Below, one piece after another: positions 29,417 to 40,403 of a DNA stretch of 64,000 nt (positions are counted from its first letter, which is position 1; every line of letters begins with the position of its first letter). The position numbers were made by a program, and so were the translations under genes. This DNA comes from Bacteroidia bacterium (GTDB lineage: Bacteria; Bacteroidota; Bacteroidia; NS11-12g; UBA9320), in NCBI GenBank assembly GCA_965216465.1, contig CBDCFW010000006.1, forward strand, positions 550,055 through 614,054, read 5' to 3'. The notes under the pieces are model-generated. The model did no database searches, was not told the DNA's origin, and saw nothing but the letters and a program-made list of their open reading frames with translations.

Positions 29417-29881
29417 TTGGATTTAAAAGCGTTCATAACAGAAATTATCGAATCGGAACTAACCGGCTCTGATCACTTTTTGGTAAGTGTTGTAAGCAAC
29501 GAGGCTGAAACCAGCTTTAAATTTTTCATTGATGGAAAAAATGGAGTCGACATTCAGCTTTGTGGCCGACTAAGCAGAAAGGTGTCGAGGTTGTTAGACG
29601 AAGAGGAGTACGACGATACTCCAATTCGATTTGAGATTTCTTCACCAGGTGCTGATCGACCTCTGATTGACAATCGTCAGTATAATCAGCATATAGGTCG
29701 CGACTTGGCCGTTGTGATGAACGATGAAAGTGAATTGGAAGGTGAACTTCTAGAAGTAAATGAAGAAGGTATAGTATTAGAGACTATGGCTTCAAAACAT
29801 AAAAAAGAAACAAATAATATTTTGTTTAACGACATTAATAATAGTACCGTAAAAATATCCTTTAAACGTAAAAAGAAATGA
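29417..29881 (+). CDS. rimP: Ribosome maturation factor RimP
   Basis: Family pattern HFLVSVV...FKFFIDG..GVDIQLCGRLSRKVSRLLD...FEISSPGADRPL. TTG at 29417 (154 aa) preferred over GTG at 29375 because the longer frame runs through the hairpin. Confidence 0.8.
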   Translation: MDLKAFITEIIESELTGSDHFLVSVVSNEAETSFKFFIDGKNGVDIQLCGRLSRKVSRLLDEEEYDDTPIRFEISSPGADRPLIDNRQYNQHIGRDLAVVMNDESELEGELLEVNEEGIVLETMASKHKKETNNILFNDINNSTVKISFKRKKK

Positions 29882-31113
29882 GCTTACAACTAGTAGAATC
29901 TTTCTCGGAATTCAAAGAATTTAAGAACATCGATAGAGCAACTATGATGCGTGTTCTTGAAGACGTATTCAGAACCATGATTAGAAGAAAATATGGGTCT
30001 GATGACAACTTTGATGTAATTGTTAACACTGATAACGGAGACCTTGAGATTTATCGCAACAGAGAAATCGTTGACGAAGGTGAAGTTGAAGATCCAAACA
30101 AAGAAATTTCATTATCTGAAGCAAGAAAATTGGAAGACGATTATGAAATTGGTGAAGAGGCTATTGAAGAAATCAATATGGCTGACTTCGGAAGAAGAAC
30201 GATTCTTACAGCTCGTCAAACCTTATTATCTAAGGTTCTTGAGCTTGAAAAAGACGAATTCTACAAAAAATACAAAGACCGTGTTGGAGAAATTGTTGTT
30301 GGAGAGGTTTATCAGATTTGGAAAAACGAGATCATGATTCTTGACGACGAAGGAAATGAATTGATTCTTCCAAAACGAGAAATGATCCCGCGTGACTTTT
30401 TCAAAAAAGGTGATGCAGTTCGAGCGGTTGTTTTAAGAGTTGAAATGTACAACTCAAACCCTAAGATTATTCTTTCAAGAACCGCTCCAGAATTCTTAGA
30501 GCGCTTGTTCGAATTGGAAGTTCCAGAAATCTTAGACGGATTAATTACGGTTAAGAAAATTGTTCGTGAACCCGGAGAAAGAGCTAAGGTTGCGGTAGAA
30601 AGCTACGACGATCGAATTGATCCTGTCGGAGCTTGTGTGGGAATGAAAGGAAGTCGTATTCACGGTATTGTTCGTGAATTGAAAAATGAGAATATTGATG
30701 TGATTAACTTCACTGCCAATACACAATTATTGATTCAAAGAAGTTTGAGTCCTGCTAAAATCTCTTCTATCACATTGGATGATGAGAATGGAAAAGCGGA
30801 TGTATTCCTTCCGGCGGATCAAGTATCACTTGCTATTGGTAAAGGAGGGCACAATATTAAACTTGCTGGTAAATTGGTTGGATACAGCATTGATGTTTAT
30901 CGTGAGTCAAATGAGGACGAAGAAATGGATGTTGATTTGGACGAGTTTGCAGATGAAATTGATGAGTGGATCTTGGACGAATTGAAAGGTATCGGTCTAG
31001 ATACAGCAAAAAGTGTATTAGACATGACTGACGATGATTTAGTTTCAAGAACCGAATTAGAGCAAGAAACTATAGAAGAAATTAAAAAAATATTAGAAGC
31101 GGAGTTTGAATAG
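29878..31113 (+). CDS. nusA: Transcription termination/antitermination factor NusA
   Basis: S1 domain (GEIVVGEVYQ). KH domains (GACVGMKGSRIHGIV; AIGKGGHNIKLA). ATGA overlap with rimP. Confidence 0.95.
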   Translation: MSLQLVESFSEFKEFKNIDRATMMRVLEDVFRTMIRRKYGSDDNFDVIVNTDNGDLEIYRNREIVDEGEVEDPNKEISLSEARKLEDDYEIGEEAIEEINMADFGRRTILTARQTLLSKVLELEKDEFYKKYKDRVGEIVVGEVYQIWKNEIMILDDEGNELILPKREMIPRDFFKKGDAVRAVVLRVEMYNSNPKIILSRTAPEFLERLFELEVPEILDGLITVKKIVREPGERAKVAVESYDDRIDPVGACVGMKGSRIHGIVRELKNENIDVINFTANTQLLIQRSLSPAKISSITLDDENGKADVFLPADQVSLAIGKGGHNIKLAGKLVGYSIDVYRESNEDEEMDVDLDEFADEIDEWILDELKGIGLDTAKSVLDMTDDDLVSRTELEQETIEEIKKILEAEFE

Positions 31114-31162
31114 TAAATACAATATGGATTAATGTATTATTTTCGAACGCTGTGTAGCATAG

Positions 31163-33898
31163 ATGGCTGACAAGGGAAAGACATATAGAATTAATAAGGT
31201 AGCAACTGAGTTTAATGTTAGTTGGAAAACAATCGTTGAACATTTGCAAGAAAAGGGCTTTGAAGTAGAGTCTAAAATCACTGCAAAGATCAATGATGAG
31301 ATGTACCAAGACTTAGTAGGTTTTTATCAAAAAGATAAGCAAGCTAAGGAAGAAGCGGAGCAGCTCGAAATTAACATTAGAAAAGATGCTCGTACTCAAG
31401 AAATTAAAGAGGTTAAGAAATCAACTCCTGTAACTGAAGAATTTCCTAAGGTTGAAACTATTTTAGTTAAAGACACCACACTTTCTACCAAAAAGGAAGA
31501 TGAGGAAGAGAAACCAGAAGAAGTTGTAGCTGAGAAACCAGAAGTTGTTGAAGAGGAGAAGCCTGAAGAACCCAAAGAGGAAGAAAAACCGGAAACTGAA
31601 GAGGGGAAACTCAGTGGACCAAAAGTTCTTGGTACTATCGATATTAAACCTTCGAAGCCAGCTAAAAAAGAAGAAAAACCAGTTGAAGAAAAGCCTGAAG
31701 TAAAGGAAGAAAAACCGGTTGAAGCCAAAAAAGAAGATAGCCCAGAACCAAGTGAAGAGGATAAGTTCAAACAAACTGAATACACCAAGCTTCAAGGTAC
31801 TAAGGTTCTAGGAAATATAAAAATCACTAAGCCTGTTAAGAAGGAACGTCCAAAAGACCGAGCTTCTGACGAACCTAAAAAGAAAAGAAAGCGTATTCGA
31901 GGCGAAAAGGTAACTGCCGAAAAGCTACGAAATGAGCGCATGAAGGATCGTAAAAAAGGCGAAGAAAAGTCTGAAGTTTCTGAGAAAGAAATTCAAGACA
32001 AAATCAAAAAGACGCTTGCAAAAATGTCTTCATCAAACAAAGCACCATCGCATGGTGGTAAAGTTAGAAAGAAGGCTAGAAAGTTCAGAAGACAAGAGCA
32101 CAAGAAGAAGTGGGAAGAACAACAACTGCAAGAGCAAATTGAAAGCAAAATCTTAGATGTAACCGAGTTTGTTACGGCAAACGAGCTTGCAAATATGATG
32201 GACGTTAGTGTTAATGAAATTATCAGTGCTTGTTTTACACTTGGAATGATGGTTTCGATCAACCAACGTCTGGATGCTGAAACTATTCAAATTGTAGCTG
32301 AAGAATTTGGATATGAAATCAACTTCGTAGATGCCGGTGAAACCATCGAAATTGAGGAAGAAGAAGACGATCCAGAAAACCTATTGCCTCGTCACCCAAT
32401 TGTTACCGTAATGGGACACGTTGACCACGGTAAAACTTCATTGCTAGATTATATCAGAAATGCGAATGTAATTGCTGGTGAGGCCGGTGGTATTACCCAG
32501 CACGTTGCTGCGTATGAGGTGGAGCTAAAAGATGGAAATCACATGACTTTCATTGATACTCCAGGTCACGAAGCCTTTACAGCAATGAGAGCAAGGGGTG
32601 CACAGGTTACTGATATCGCGATTATTGTGATTGCTGCTGACGACGCCGTGATGCCTCAAACAAAAGAAGCAATTAGTCACGCTCAAGCGGCAGAAGTACC
32701 TATTGTATTTGCATTCAACAAAATTGATAAGGAAGGAGCTAACCCAGATAAAGTAAAAGAACAACTTTCAACCATGAATATTTTGGTTGAAGATTGGGGA
32801 GGTAAATATCAAAGCCAAGCAATCTCGGCAAAAACTGGATTGAACATTGAAGAATTGCTTGAAAAAGTTCTTCTTGAGGCTGAATTACTAGAATTAAAAG
32901 CGAACCCAAATAGAAATGCCAAAGGAGCTGTTCTCGAATCTAAGCTTGAAAAAGGACGAGGTGTTGTAACCTCTATGCTTGTTCAAGAAGGTACACTTCG
33001 AATTGGTGACGCCATAGTTGCAGGTCAACATTTTGCAAGAGTAAAAGCGATGTTCAACGAGCGTGGTGTTGCGGTTCAAGAAGCAGGACCAGCATCTCCA
33101 GTATCTATACTTGGATTCTCAGGAACTCCAGCTGCAGGTGAAACCTTCCAGGTAATGACCGATGAGGCAACTGCTAAAGATATTGCCAATAAACGTGAGC
33201 AACTTCAAAGGGAGCAAGGTATTAGAGCGACTAAGCACCTAACGTTGAAAGAAATCGGAAGACGTTTAGCTGTAGGAAACTTTAAAGAGCTTAACCTGAT
33301 TATTAAGGCTGATGTGGATGGCTCTGCTGAAGCGCTTTCAGATTCATTGATTAAACTTTCTACCGAAGAAATTCAAATCAATGTAATTCATAAATCTGTT
33401 GGTCCAATTACAGATAATGACATCCTACTGGCAACAGCATCAGATGCCATTGTAATTGGTTTCCAAGTTAGACCGATGCCAAGTGCTAAGAAATTGGCAG
33501 AATCTGAAGAAATCGAAATTCGCTTGTACAGTGTAATCTATCAAGCCATTGAAGAAATTAAATCGGCAATGGAAGGACTTCTTGATCCTGATCTTGAAGA
33601 ACAAATCACGGGTACTGCTGAAATTAGAGAAACATTTAAAATCACTAAAGTGGGTACAATCGCTGGTTGTATGCAGATTGAAGGTAAGATGTACCGCGAT
33701 AACAAGGTACGCTTAATTCGTGAAGGTGTAGTTGTATATACTGGAGAACTTGAGTCTCTTAAACGTTTCAAAGACGACGTTAAAGAAGTGAACAAAGGTT
33801 ACGAATGTGGTATGCAGATTAAAAACTACAACGATATTCAAATTGGTGATTTGATTGAAGGATTTAGAGAAGTTGAGGTTAAACGAAAACTGAAATAA
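31163..33898 (+). CDS. infB: Translation initiation factor IF-2
   Basis: G domain [24 protein letters not shown]. 911 aa with a K/E/P-rich N-terminal linker. Confidence 0.97.
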   Translation: MADKGKTYRINKVATEFNVSWKTIVEHLQEKGFEVESKITAKINDEMYQDLVGFYQKDKQAKEEAEQLEINIRKDARTQEIKEVKKSTPVTEEFPKVETILVKDTTLSTKKEDEEEKPEEVVAEKPEVVEEEKPEEPKEEEKPETEEGKLSGPKVLGTIDIKPSKPAKKEEKPVEEKPEVKEEKPVEAKKEDSPEPSEEDKFKQTEYTKLQGTKVLGNIKITKPVKKERPKDRASDEPKKKRKRIRGEKVTAEKLRNERMKDRKKGEEKSEVSEKEIQDKIKKTLAKMSSSNKAPSHGGKVRKKARKFRRQEHKKKWEEQQLQEQIESKILDVTEFVTANELANMMDVSVNEIISACFTLGMMVSINQRLDAETIQIVAEEFGYEINFVDAGETIEIEEEEDDPENLLPRHPIVTVMGHVDHGKTSLLDYIRNANVIAGEAGGITQHVAAYEVELKDGNHMTFIDTPGHEAFTAMRARGAQVTDIAIIVIAADDAVMPQTKEAISHAQAAEVPIVFAFNKIDKEGANPDKVKEQLSTMNILVEDWGGKYQSQAISAKTGLNIEELLEKVLLEAELLELKANPNRNAKGAVLESKLEKGRGVVTSMLVQEGTLRIGDAIVAGQHFARVKAMFNERGVAVQEAGPASPVSILGFSGTPAAGETFQVMTDEATAKDIANKREQLQREQGIRATKHLTLKEIGRRLAVGNFKELNLIIKADVDGSAEALSDSLIKLSTEEIQINVIHKSVGPITDNDILLATASDAIVIGFQVRPMPSAKKLAESEEIEIRLYSVIYQAIEEIKSAMEGLLDPDLEEQITGTAEIRETFKITKVGTIAGCMQIEGKMYRDNKVRLIREGVVVYTGELESLKRFKDDVKEVNKGYECGMQIKNYNDIQIGDLIEGFREVEVKRKLK

Positions 33899-33960
33899 GT
33901 TTGACCGACAACCTTAACTAATTTTCCTCTTCCCCATTTTTTTCCTGTAAATTGCACGAT

Positions 33961-34965
33961 ATGAATAAGGCAATTATCAAAGGCTTAGGATTTTATGTGC
34001 CAGATCACGTGGTGACTAACAATGATCTATCTAAAATGATGGATACCAATGATGCGTGGATTCAAGAAAGAACAGGCATTAAAGAAAGACGTTGGATCAA
34101 AGACAATAGTGATTCAACTACTTCAATGGGGGTTAAAGCTGCAATCAACGCAATTAACGACGCTCAAATCGATAAGACCGACATCGACTTTATCATTTTT
34201 GCCACACTGAGCCCTGATTATTATTTCCCTGGGCCTGGTGTTTCAGTACAAAAAGAGTTAGGTCTCGACACTGTCGGAGCATTAGATGTCAGAAACCAAT
34301 GCAGTGGTTTTGTGTACGGCCTTTCAGTTGCTGACCAATACATCAAGTCTGGAATGTATAAGAACATCTTAGTCATCGGTTCAGAATTTCATAGCGGCGG
34401 TTTAGACAAAACAACTCGAGGTAGAGGTGTGACTGTAATTTTTGGTGATGGAGCTGGTGCTGCAGTAGTGTCAGCCACTTCTGATGAAAATAGAGGCGTA
34501 CTTTCGACTCATCTACACTCAGACGGACAGCATGCTGAGGAATTAGCTTTGCTTGGTCCGAGCACGGCCCGCTGGGTTCCCGAAATTATTAAAAAAGCGG
34601 ATGATGAAGACACCAGTTACTATCCTTATATGAATGGTAATTTTGTTTTTAAACATGCAGTTACCCGATTCCCTCAGGTAATTAACGAAGCTCTTGAACT
34701 TAATGGCTATAAAGCTGAAGATATTGACCTGCTCGTTCCACATCAGGCCAATTTGCGAATCGCTCAATTTATTCAGCGGTCGATGAAGCTAACCAATGAT
34801 CAGGTGTATAACAACATTCAACGCTACGGTAATACCACAGCAGCCTCTATACCTATAGCTTTAGCAGAAGCCAAGCAAGAAGGTAGAATCAAAGAGGGTG
34901 ATTTGGTGTGTTTAGCTGCCTTTGGAAGCGGTTTTACATGGGCGAGTGCACTAATTCGTTGGTAA
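33961..34965 (+). CDS. fabH: Beta-ketoacyl-ACP synthase III
   Basis: Active-site Cys context NQCSGFVYGL. HQANLRI. GNTTAASIP. ATG at 33961 preferred over TTG at 33952. Confidence 0.93.
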   Translation: MNKAIIKGLGFYVPDHVVTNNDLSKMMDTNDAWIQERTGIKERRWIKDNSDSTTSMGVKAAINAINDAQIDKTDIDFIIFATLSPDYYFPGPGVSVQKELGLDTVGALDVRNQCSGFVYGLSVADQYIKSGMYKNILVIGSEFHSGGLDKTTRGRGVTVIFGDGAGAAVVSATSDENRGVLSTHLHSDGQHAEELALLGPSTARWVPEIIKKADDEDTSYYPYMNGNFVFKHAVTRFPQVINEALELNGYKAEDIDLLVPHQANLRIAQFIQRSMKLTNDQVYNNIQRYGNTTAASIPIALAEAKQEGRIKEGDLVCLAAFGSGFTWASALIRW

Positions 34966-35420
34966 TGGCAAAAAAGACTCTAGCGAAAAAACAAACAATA
35001 GGACTTAGTGACCAGCTAGATATTCCTAGTGCCAAGCTCATTAATGTTCCATGTAAAATAGATACAGGGGCATACAATTGTTCCATCGATTGTTCTAAAT
35101 TTAGATTGGTTAAGATTCACGGGGTACCTACCCTTTTCTTTACACTTCTCGGAAAAGAATACAAGCAATTTTCAGGAGTCGAACTACAAACCACCCAGTT
35201 TGTCCAAAAAAAGGTAAAAAGCTCATCAGGACATAGCCAGTACCGTTATCAAATCATGTTAGAAATTGAGTTATTTGGAGAAATACACGAAGCTGCCTTT
35301 AATTTAAGTCGAAGACACAATATGAAATACCCGATTCTGCTGGGTCGAAAATTTCTGTCTAAAAGATTTGTCGTAGATGTTTCAAAGAAAAACCTAAGTC
35401 TAAAACTCAAATCGAAGTAG
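34965..35420 (+). CDS. Retropepsin-like protease family protein (DUF785 / RimK-associated type)
   Basis: KIDTGAYNCSID (D-T-G-A) and ILLGRKFL motifs. The ATG overlaps the fabH stop (TAATG). The ORF-track start at 34908 lies inside fabH. Confidence 0.65.
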   Translation: MAKKTLAKKQTIGLSDQLDIPSAKLINVPCKIDTGAYNCSIDCSKFRLVKIHGVPTLFFTLLGKEYKQFSGVELQTTQFVQKKVKSSSGHSQYRYQIMLEIELFGEIHEAAFNLSRRHNMKYPILLGRKFLSKRFVVDVSKKNLSLKLKSK

Positions 35421-36266
35421 AGCTTCTATCATTAATTCAGGTTTTGAAAATGGAATAAAGTGGTCTTCTTCTGGATACCTGAATACTTCTACACTCTTTG
35501 CATTTACTAGCATTTTTTCAGCATAATCTTCGTTTCCAGCCGGAACCAAATTGTCTTTCATTCCTTGAATGATTTTAACATCTTGAGTTATTCCTGACCA
35601 AAGAGGAGTCATCTTGTCAAGCTCTTCTTTAGCCGGCATAATCTCCTGATTACTAACAACAAAGCTTCTTGGCATGAGCCATCTTATCGGTCTGCGATTC
35701 AAGAACTTTCTCCATTTTTCTTGCGGCTCCAACTCAGGAGAAACAGAGCCCGCGACAATAAGTAGCGATTGAGCAATCGTAGAATCATTCATTACCATTC
35801 TACAGATTAACGGACCACCTAATGAATGTCCAACCAATACTATTTGCTTAAAGTTGAATTGACGCACAACTGCATTCATGAGATCGGCCTGTTTTTCCAT
35901 ACTGGGTTCAGAATTTCCAAAATCTGAGTAGCCGAACCCTGGACGATCAATTAACAAAACATTGTAACGCGAAAGAAGCAACGAGTCCTTTGCAAACTGT
36001 AAAAAGTTACTTGAAGAGCCTGGAGATCCATGAATAAACACTGCAAGTGGCTTAGTTGTATCGTGACCCACCAAGGTATAATGAAGTTGTCGTTCGCCAC
36101 CATTCTTAAGACCCAATTCAACCGGATATTGTAAGCTAATTTCTTTGAGTTCTTCGAGTTGCTTTTTGTCAGATTGCCTAAATTGGAAGCAACTTCCTAC
36201 CAACATCCATAATCCAATAATTATAAAGGAGAATTTAAATCTTTTCCGTTTCCACCAGTTTTTCAT
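35400..36266 (-). CDS. Alpha/beta hydrolase
   Basis: Nucleophile elbow GHSLGG. HGSPGSS oxyanion region. N-terminal TM/signal anchor. The start could instead be the internal Met near 36206. Confidence 0.8.
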   Translation of the reverse strand: MKNWWKRKRFKFSFIIIGLWMLVGSCFQFRQSDKKQLEELKEISLQYPVELGLKNGGERQLHYTLVGHDTTKPLAVFIHGSPGSSSNFLQFAKDSLLLSRYNVLLIDRPGFGYSDFGNSEPSMEKQADLMNAVVRQFNFKQIVLVGHSLGGPLICRMVMNDSTIAQSLLIVAGSVSPELEPQEKWRKFLNRRPIRWLMPRSFVVSNQEIMPAKEELDKMTPLWSGITQDVKIIQGMKDNLVPAGNEDYAEKMLVNAKSVEVFRYPEEDHFIPFSKPELMIEALLRFEF

Positions 36267-37983
36267 TTGCTAATGCATATACTTTATTGCACATCTTGAG
36301 CTCGTCATTTTTATGGGTAATAAAAACTGCAGTTTTACCTGCTTCTTTTAGCTTATTGATGGCTTCCAGTGTTTGTTGAACTGATTTAGTGTCCAAATTG
36401 TTTGTTGCCTCATCGAAAATAAACAGCTCTGCATCTTTATACAATGCCCGAGCTAAGGCAATTCGCTGACGTTGTCCGCCCGATATTTGGTTGCCCAATT
36501 CACCAACCGAAGTATCCAATCCTGATTCTAAGCCATCAACCCAATCCCAAAGATTTACTTGTTTCAAACACTCTTTAATTTTTTCGTGATCGATTTTATT
36601 TGGGTCTTGTAAAAAGGCAACATTTTCTAATATTGACCGATTAAGCATAAAAACATCTTGCTTAACATACGAAAACAAATATCTATAGCCCTCAATATTC
36701 TCGTCAATAAGCTGACCGTCAATCTTAATCTCTCCTTTGTCTGGTTTAATCAGCGAAGCAATAACATTGACTAAGGTTGACTTTCCAGAACCACTCGGGC
36801 CAACAATACCGATAAAATCTCCTTTATTAATATCTACGCTGACCTCGTTCAGAATGGGTTCTTCTTCATGGTACGAAAAGCTCACATTTCTTAAGCTTAT
36901 TTTCTCCTTAAATGGAATGTTGGTTATTGACTCACTGCTCGAATCATAAGAGCTATTGTCGCTTGGTGTAAAGTAATCGAGAGCATAAGAGTTGGTTGCT
37001 AAGTTGTTTGATGACCCTAAAATTCGATTTACACTTGGAAGAAGTCGAAATGCCACACCAGCATATATTGAAATATACGTGATTAGGTTGTCGTTTCCTT
37101 TATTATAAATCAATGCAAAAAGCACTACGCATAAAATACCAGAAATCGCCACCACCTCATAGATTCTCATCGGTATAAACTGCGAGCTAACATAAATAGA
37201 CTGCTTCAAGTTAAATGACTCTTTCTTATTCTTATCGTACTCGTTAATGAAATATTGAGTGCCATTCCATAGCTTGATATTAGCTATTCCATTGGTAAGT
37301 TGACTGATGTTTTCATAAATAACCGGATTGATTAAGTGCACCTTTTTGCCCTTCTTACCTAATCTACTTTTATTAAAATAAATCAATATCCCCGCTGTTG
37401 GTAAAATAGTAATGAAGGTAAAGAGAAATAAGAACGGTTTGTAAATCAAAATTGCCCCTAGCATAAGCACTACGATTGCCAGTTCTGAAAGCAAAAGAAT
37501 GCTCGGGATGATAACCATCTCCGGTAAAAATAGTGCAGCTCCAAACAGCTCATTTATGATCTCCGAAGACTTTCTCTTTTTAAAATACAACAAGTCATTA
37601 TGAGCAATCTCATGGTATCGTTTCGCCGAAATTTTATCGGTGGTTTCATAAGCAAACTTTACTTGAGCCTTATTAATTTGAACGATGATTATGTTCTTGA
37701 ATACATATACTAAAAAGAGTAAACCTGTTATAATAGCCACAAATTGAATCTGGCTTTCTACTCCAAAAAGATTGGAAAGGTAGGCTGTAAATATGTTGTG
37801 TTGAATGAAGTTTGGTCGCAGAATAGAAAGTACCGTATGAAGTAAAACTGAAATTCCGACAATCTCAAACAGGGCATTAAATACTCCCCAAAGCACCATA
37901 GTATAATAGCGGCGGCGTTGTTTAGGAGTGAATATGGCTAATAGATTAACCCATATTTCGTTGATGCCTTTAAATCTGCTCAT
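36235..37983 (-). CDS. ABC transporter, fused permease/ATP-binding exporter
   Basis: Six-helix N-terminal half. Walker A GPSGSGKST. Signature ISGGQRQRIALARAL. Walker B LFIFDEAT. Confidence 0.9.
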   Translation of the reverse strand: MSRFKGINEIWVNLLAIFTPKQRRRYYTMVLWGVFNALFEIVGISVLLHTVLSILRPNFIQHNIFTAYLSNLFGVESQIQFVAIITGLLFLVYVFKNIIIVQINKAQVKFAYETTDKISAKRYHEIAHNDLLYFKKRKSSEIINELFGAALFLPEMVIIPSILLLSELAIVVLMLGAILIYKPFLFLFTFITILPTAGILIYFNKSRLGKKGKKVHLINPVIYENISQLTNGIANIKLWNGTQYFINEYDKNKKESFNLKQSIYVSSQFIPMRIYEVVAISGILCVVLFALIYNKGNDNLITYISIYAGVAFRLLPSVNRILGSSNNLATNSYALDYFTPSDNSSYDSSSESITNIPFKEKISLRNVSFSYHEEEPILNEVSVDINKGDFIGIVGPSGSGKSTLVNVIASLIKPDKGEIKIDGQLIDENIEGYRYLFSYVKQDVFMLNRSILENVAFLQDPNKIDHEKIKECLKQVNLWDWVDGLESGLDTSVGELGNQISGGQRQRIALARALYKDAELFIFDEATNNLDTKSVQQTLEAINKLKEAGKTAVFITHKNDELKMCNKVYALANEKLVETEKI

Positions 37984-38792
37984 TCAATAATTTTTAGCAT
38001 TTTTAGTTCGACAAGAATAGGTGTATATCCAGCAACTTTACTATTGCCTTCAGGACCAAAGGCTTGGCTTGAAGGTACAACGGCTCTTATGCTCTCCCCT
38101 TCAGTTAACTGACTGACTAAAAATCGAATACCCGGTAGAATTGATTGGTCATCAACATCAAATATTAAGGGGTCCCCCTCTTTGCTAAACGCTATTAAAT
38201 CTCTATTGATAGAAGTAATAGAGTATTCTATTTCAGCTTTCTGATAATCTGTTTCTGTATCCTTAAAATCGTTTAGATACTCATAATAGATTCCAGTTGT
38301 AGAGTCTAAGCTACCATTCCATCTGTTTTGCTCAATAAACCTTTTAATAGCTCCATCTTCATACGCTCGCTTATGTGCTAAATATTCGAAGGGATTCAAT
38401 ACATCTCTAACCCAAATTTTGACGGTTATTAATTCTTCTTTTTCCAATGTCAATGGCACCACTCCTCCTAATGAGGTATAAAATTCATTCGCTGAAAGTT
38501 TAAGTTCAACAAAATCTTCGATACACGTTTGGCTAATAAGTTTAAAAACATTGGATGCAGTATCTATTAAGCTTTTACTTAATTCTACCTTACGATTTAA
38601 GTCGTTGGTGTTGAGATAAACAGAGTCATTGGCATCTGTTGAGGTAATATCAATCAACCAATATTTCTTGTTCACATAATTGCAGGTATCGCCGCCTCGG
38701 TTGTATGATATTTCTCCTAGCTTCTGATCACCTTGCTCTTTACACGAAGCAATGGTCAATGCACAACAAAGTATAAACAGTAGTTTTTTCAT
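37980..38792 (-). CDS. Lipoprotein with C-terminal FKBP-type peptidyl-prolyl isomerase-like domain
   Basis: Lipobox LTIASC. C-terminal ILPGIRFLVSQLTEGESIRAVVPSSQAFGPEG...LVELKMLKI resembles FKBP_C. Confidence 0.55.
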   Translation of the reverse strand: MKKLLFILCCALTIASCKEQGDQKLGEISYNRGGDTCNYVNKKYWLIDITSTDANDSVYLNTNDLNRKVELSKSLIDTASNVFKLISQTCIEDFVELKLSANEFYTSLGGVVPLTLEKEELITVKIWVRDVLNPFEYLAHKRAYEDGAIKRFIEQNRWNGSLDSTTGIYYEYLNDFKDTETDYQKAEIEYSITSINRDLIAFSKEGDPLIFDVDDQSILPGIRFLVSQLTEGESIRAVVPSSQAFGPEGNSKVAGYTPILVELKMLKIIE

Positions 38793-39799
38793 TTTAAATA
38801 TCTATCGTAGGATTTGATTGCATTTCTAAATTTATCAAGAGTCTTATCAAGACTTTCAGTGCTAGCTCCTCCAGCTGCATTCTTGTGCCCTCCACCATTA
38901 AAATATTCAGCAGAAAACTCATTGCATGGAAACACGTCTCTACTTCTAAAACTCATTTTCACCAGTGGTCCTCTATCAATTATCAAAGCACTCATTTGTA
39001 CTCCTTTTATACCAAGGCCGTAATTAACGAATCCTTCTGTGTCACCAGTTTTTACATGAAACCTTTCCAATTCTTCTAAAGTCATGTGTGCAAGTGCCAC
39101 TTTACCATCTTCAATAACTTCAATTTTATTACCCAAGAAATATCCAAGCAATTGCAATCTTTCTAATCGATTTTGATCAAACAAGCTTTCATAGATGTGC
39201 GATGGTTGAACTCCCAAATCCATCAGATCTGCAGCAGTTCTTATGGTTTCACTGGTGGTGCTCCCATAACGAAATGAACCGGTATCGGTAATCAAACCTG
39301 TATAAATGCATTCACCAGCTTCCTTGGTTAGCAATTCTTTGTTTAAATGAGTAGTTATGTATCGATAAATTAGCTCACAAGTTGAACTCGCACCAATGTC
39401 TACCATTCGTTCGTTATCAAAATCTTGAGGATCTCGATGGTGATCAATTAATACAACATTTGCTTGGCACTCTGCAATTTTCTCACCCATCTCATTAATT
39501 CGGCTGAGCGCATTAAAGTCGAGGCAATAAACAACCCCCGCCTCAGCAATTAATTGATTTGCTTCATCTTCGTTTCCATGGTAGATGAGCACCTCGTTGT
39601 TGCCTGGTAGCCACCACAAAAAATCTGCATAATCTGTAGGAGTTATTACCTTCGATTCGATGCCTGCAGCTCGCAAATAGTTCATCAAGCCTAAACTCGA
39701 ACCCATGGCATCACCATCGGGTTTATGATGAGTAGTTATAACTATGTTGCCTGAATGTTTTCTTAAGTCTTCTAAGTTATGGTTTATCGTATTTTGCAC
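38789..39799 (-). CDS. DHH/DHHA1 phosphoesterase (NrnA-like oligoribonuclease/pAp phosphatase)
   Basis: HHKPDGDAMGS, VLIDHHRDP, GGGHKNAAGG motifs. Confidence 0.85.
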   Translation of the reverse strand: MQNTINHNLEDLRKHSGNIVITTHHKPDGDAMGSSLGLMNYLRAAGIESKVITPTDYADFLWWLPGNNEVLIYHGNEDEANQLIAEAGVVYCLDFNALSRINEMGEKIAECQANVVLIDHHRDPQDFDNERMVDIGASSTCELIYRYITTHLNKELLTKEAGECIYTGLITDTGSFRYGSTTSETIRTAADLMDLGVQPSHIYESLFDQNRLERLQLLGYFLGNKIEVIEDGKVALAHMTLEELERFHVKTGDTEGFVNYGLGIKGVQMSALIIDRGPLVKMSFRSRDVFPCNEFSAEYFNGGGHKNAAGGASTESLDKTLDKFRNAIKSYDRYLK

Positions 39800-39843
39800 C
39801 TATAAAATTTGAAGCAAAACTCGTAAAAAGAAAGAGATAATTC

Positions 39844-39851
39844 TATTTTTG
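39844..39851 (+). promoter_or_regulatory. -7 box TATTTTTG for ndk
   Basis: TAnnTTTG match with 21 nt separating it from the ATG at 39873. Confidence 0.4.
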
Positions 39852-39872
39852 CCGCCTTAATTCGAAAAAACA

Positions 39873-40289
39873 ATGTCAAACATCACATTTACAATGATTA
39901 AGCCGGATGCAGTGTCAAAAGGCTACACAGGAAAAATCATCAACGATATTATTGAAGGAGGTTTTTCTATCAAAGCGATGAAGTATCTTCACCTTTCAAA
40001 AGATAAGGCTGAAGCGTTTTATGGTATCCACAGAGAAAGACCATTTTTCAATGACCTTGTTGAATACATGACATCTGGACCAATCGTTGCAGCTGTTCTT
40101 GGAAAAGATAATGCAGTTGCTGATTACAGAACTTTAATTGGAGCTACAAACCCAGCTGAAGCAGCTGAAGGAACAATCAGAAACAAGTACGCTGAGTCAA
40201 TTGAAGCAAATGCGGTTCACGGTTCTGACAGCGATGAGAACGCTAAAGGAGAAGCATCTTTCTTCTTCTCGGAATTTGAAATGTACTAA
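39873..40289 (+). CDS. ndk: Nucleoside-diphosphate kinase
   Basis: 138 aa. [10 protein letters not shown] start. Catalytic-His context NAVHGSDS. Confidence 0.97.
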   Translation: MSNITFTMIKPDAVSKGYTGKIINDIIEGGFSIKAMKYLHLSKDKAEAFYGIHRERPFFNDLVEYMTSGPIVAAVLGKDNAVADYRTLIGATNPAEAAEGTIRNKYAESIEANAVHGSDSDENAKGEASFFFSEFEMY

Positions 40290-40310
40290 GAGATTTTTTA
40301 ACTAAATATG

Positions 40311-40349
40311 AATGGGCTATTGACGTTTGTCGTTTTTAGCCCATTTTTT
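40311..40349 (+). terminator. Rho-independent terminator after ndk
   Basis: 9-bp perfect stem AATGGGCTA (40311-40319) / TAGCCCATT (40337-40345), then a T-run to 40349. Confidence 0.8.
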
Positions 40350-40403
40350 ATGGTTATTTATGTAGGCTCAACACAATTTTTCGTAATTTGAACCTTTATA
40401 TAT

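Noticed and set aside
31490-31770. Repetitive GAAGAAAAACC/GAAGA-type DNA that looked like a tandem repeat or array
   Set aside because: It is in frame within infB and encodes an EEKPE/KPEV-type charged linker, which is common in IF-2 N-termini. The units are degenerate, with no spacer-repeat periodicity, so it is not CRISPR or a satellite.
31396-31795. Two overlapping minus-strand ORFs (130 and 110 aa) rich in S/G/F
   Set aside because: They are artefacts of the purine-rich K/E/P-coding low-complexity stretch of infB read on the opposite strand.
36235-36266. 32-nt overlap between the ABC transporter end and the alpha/beta hydrolase start
   Set aside because: It is probably a start-codon call issue, since an internal Met near 36206 is available. 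It is not treated as a biological feature.
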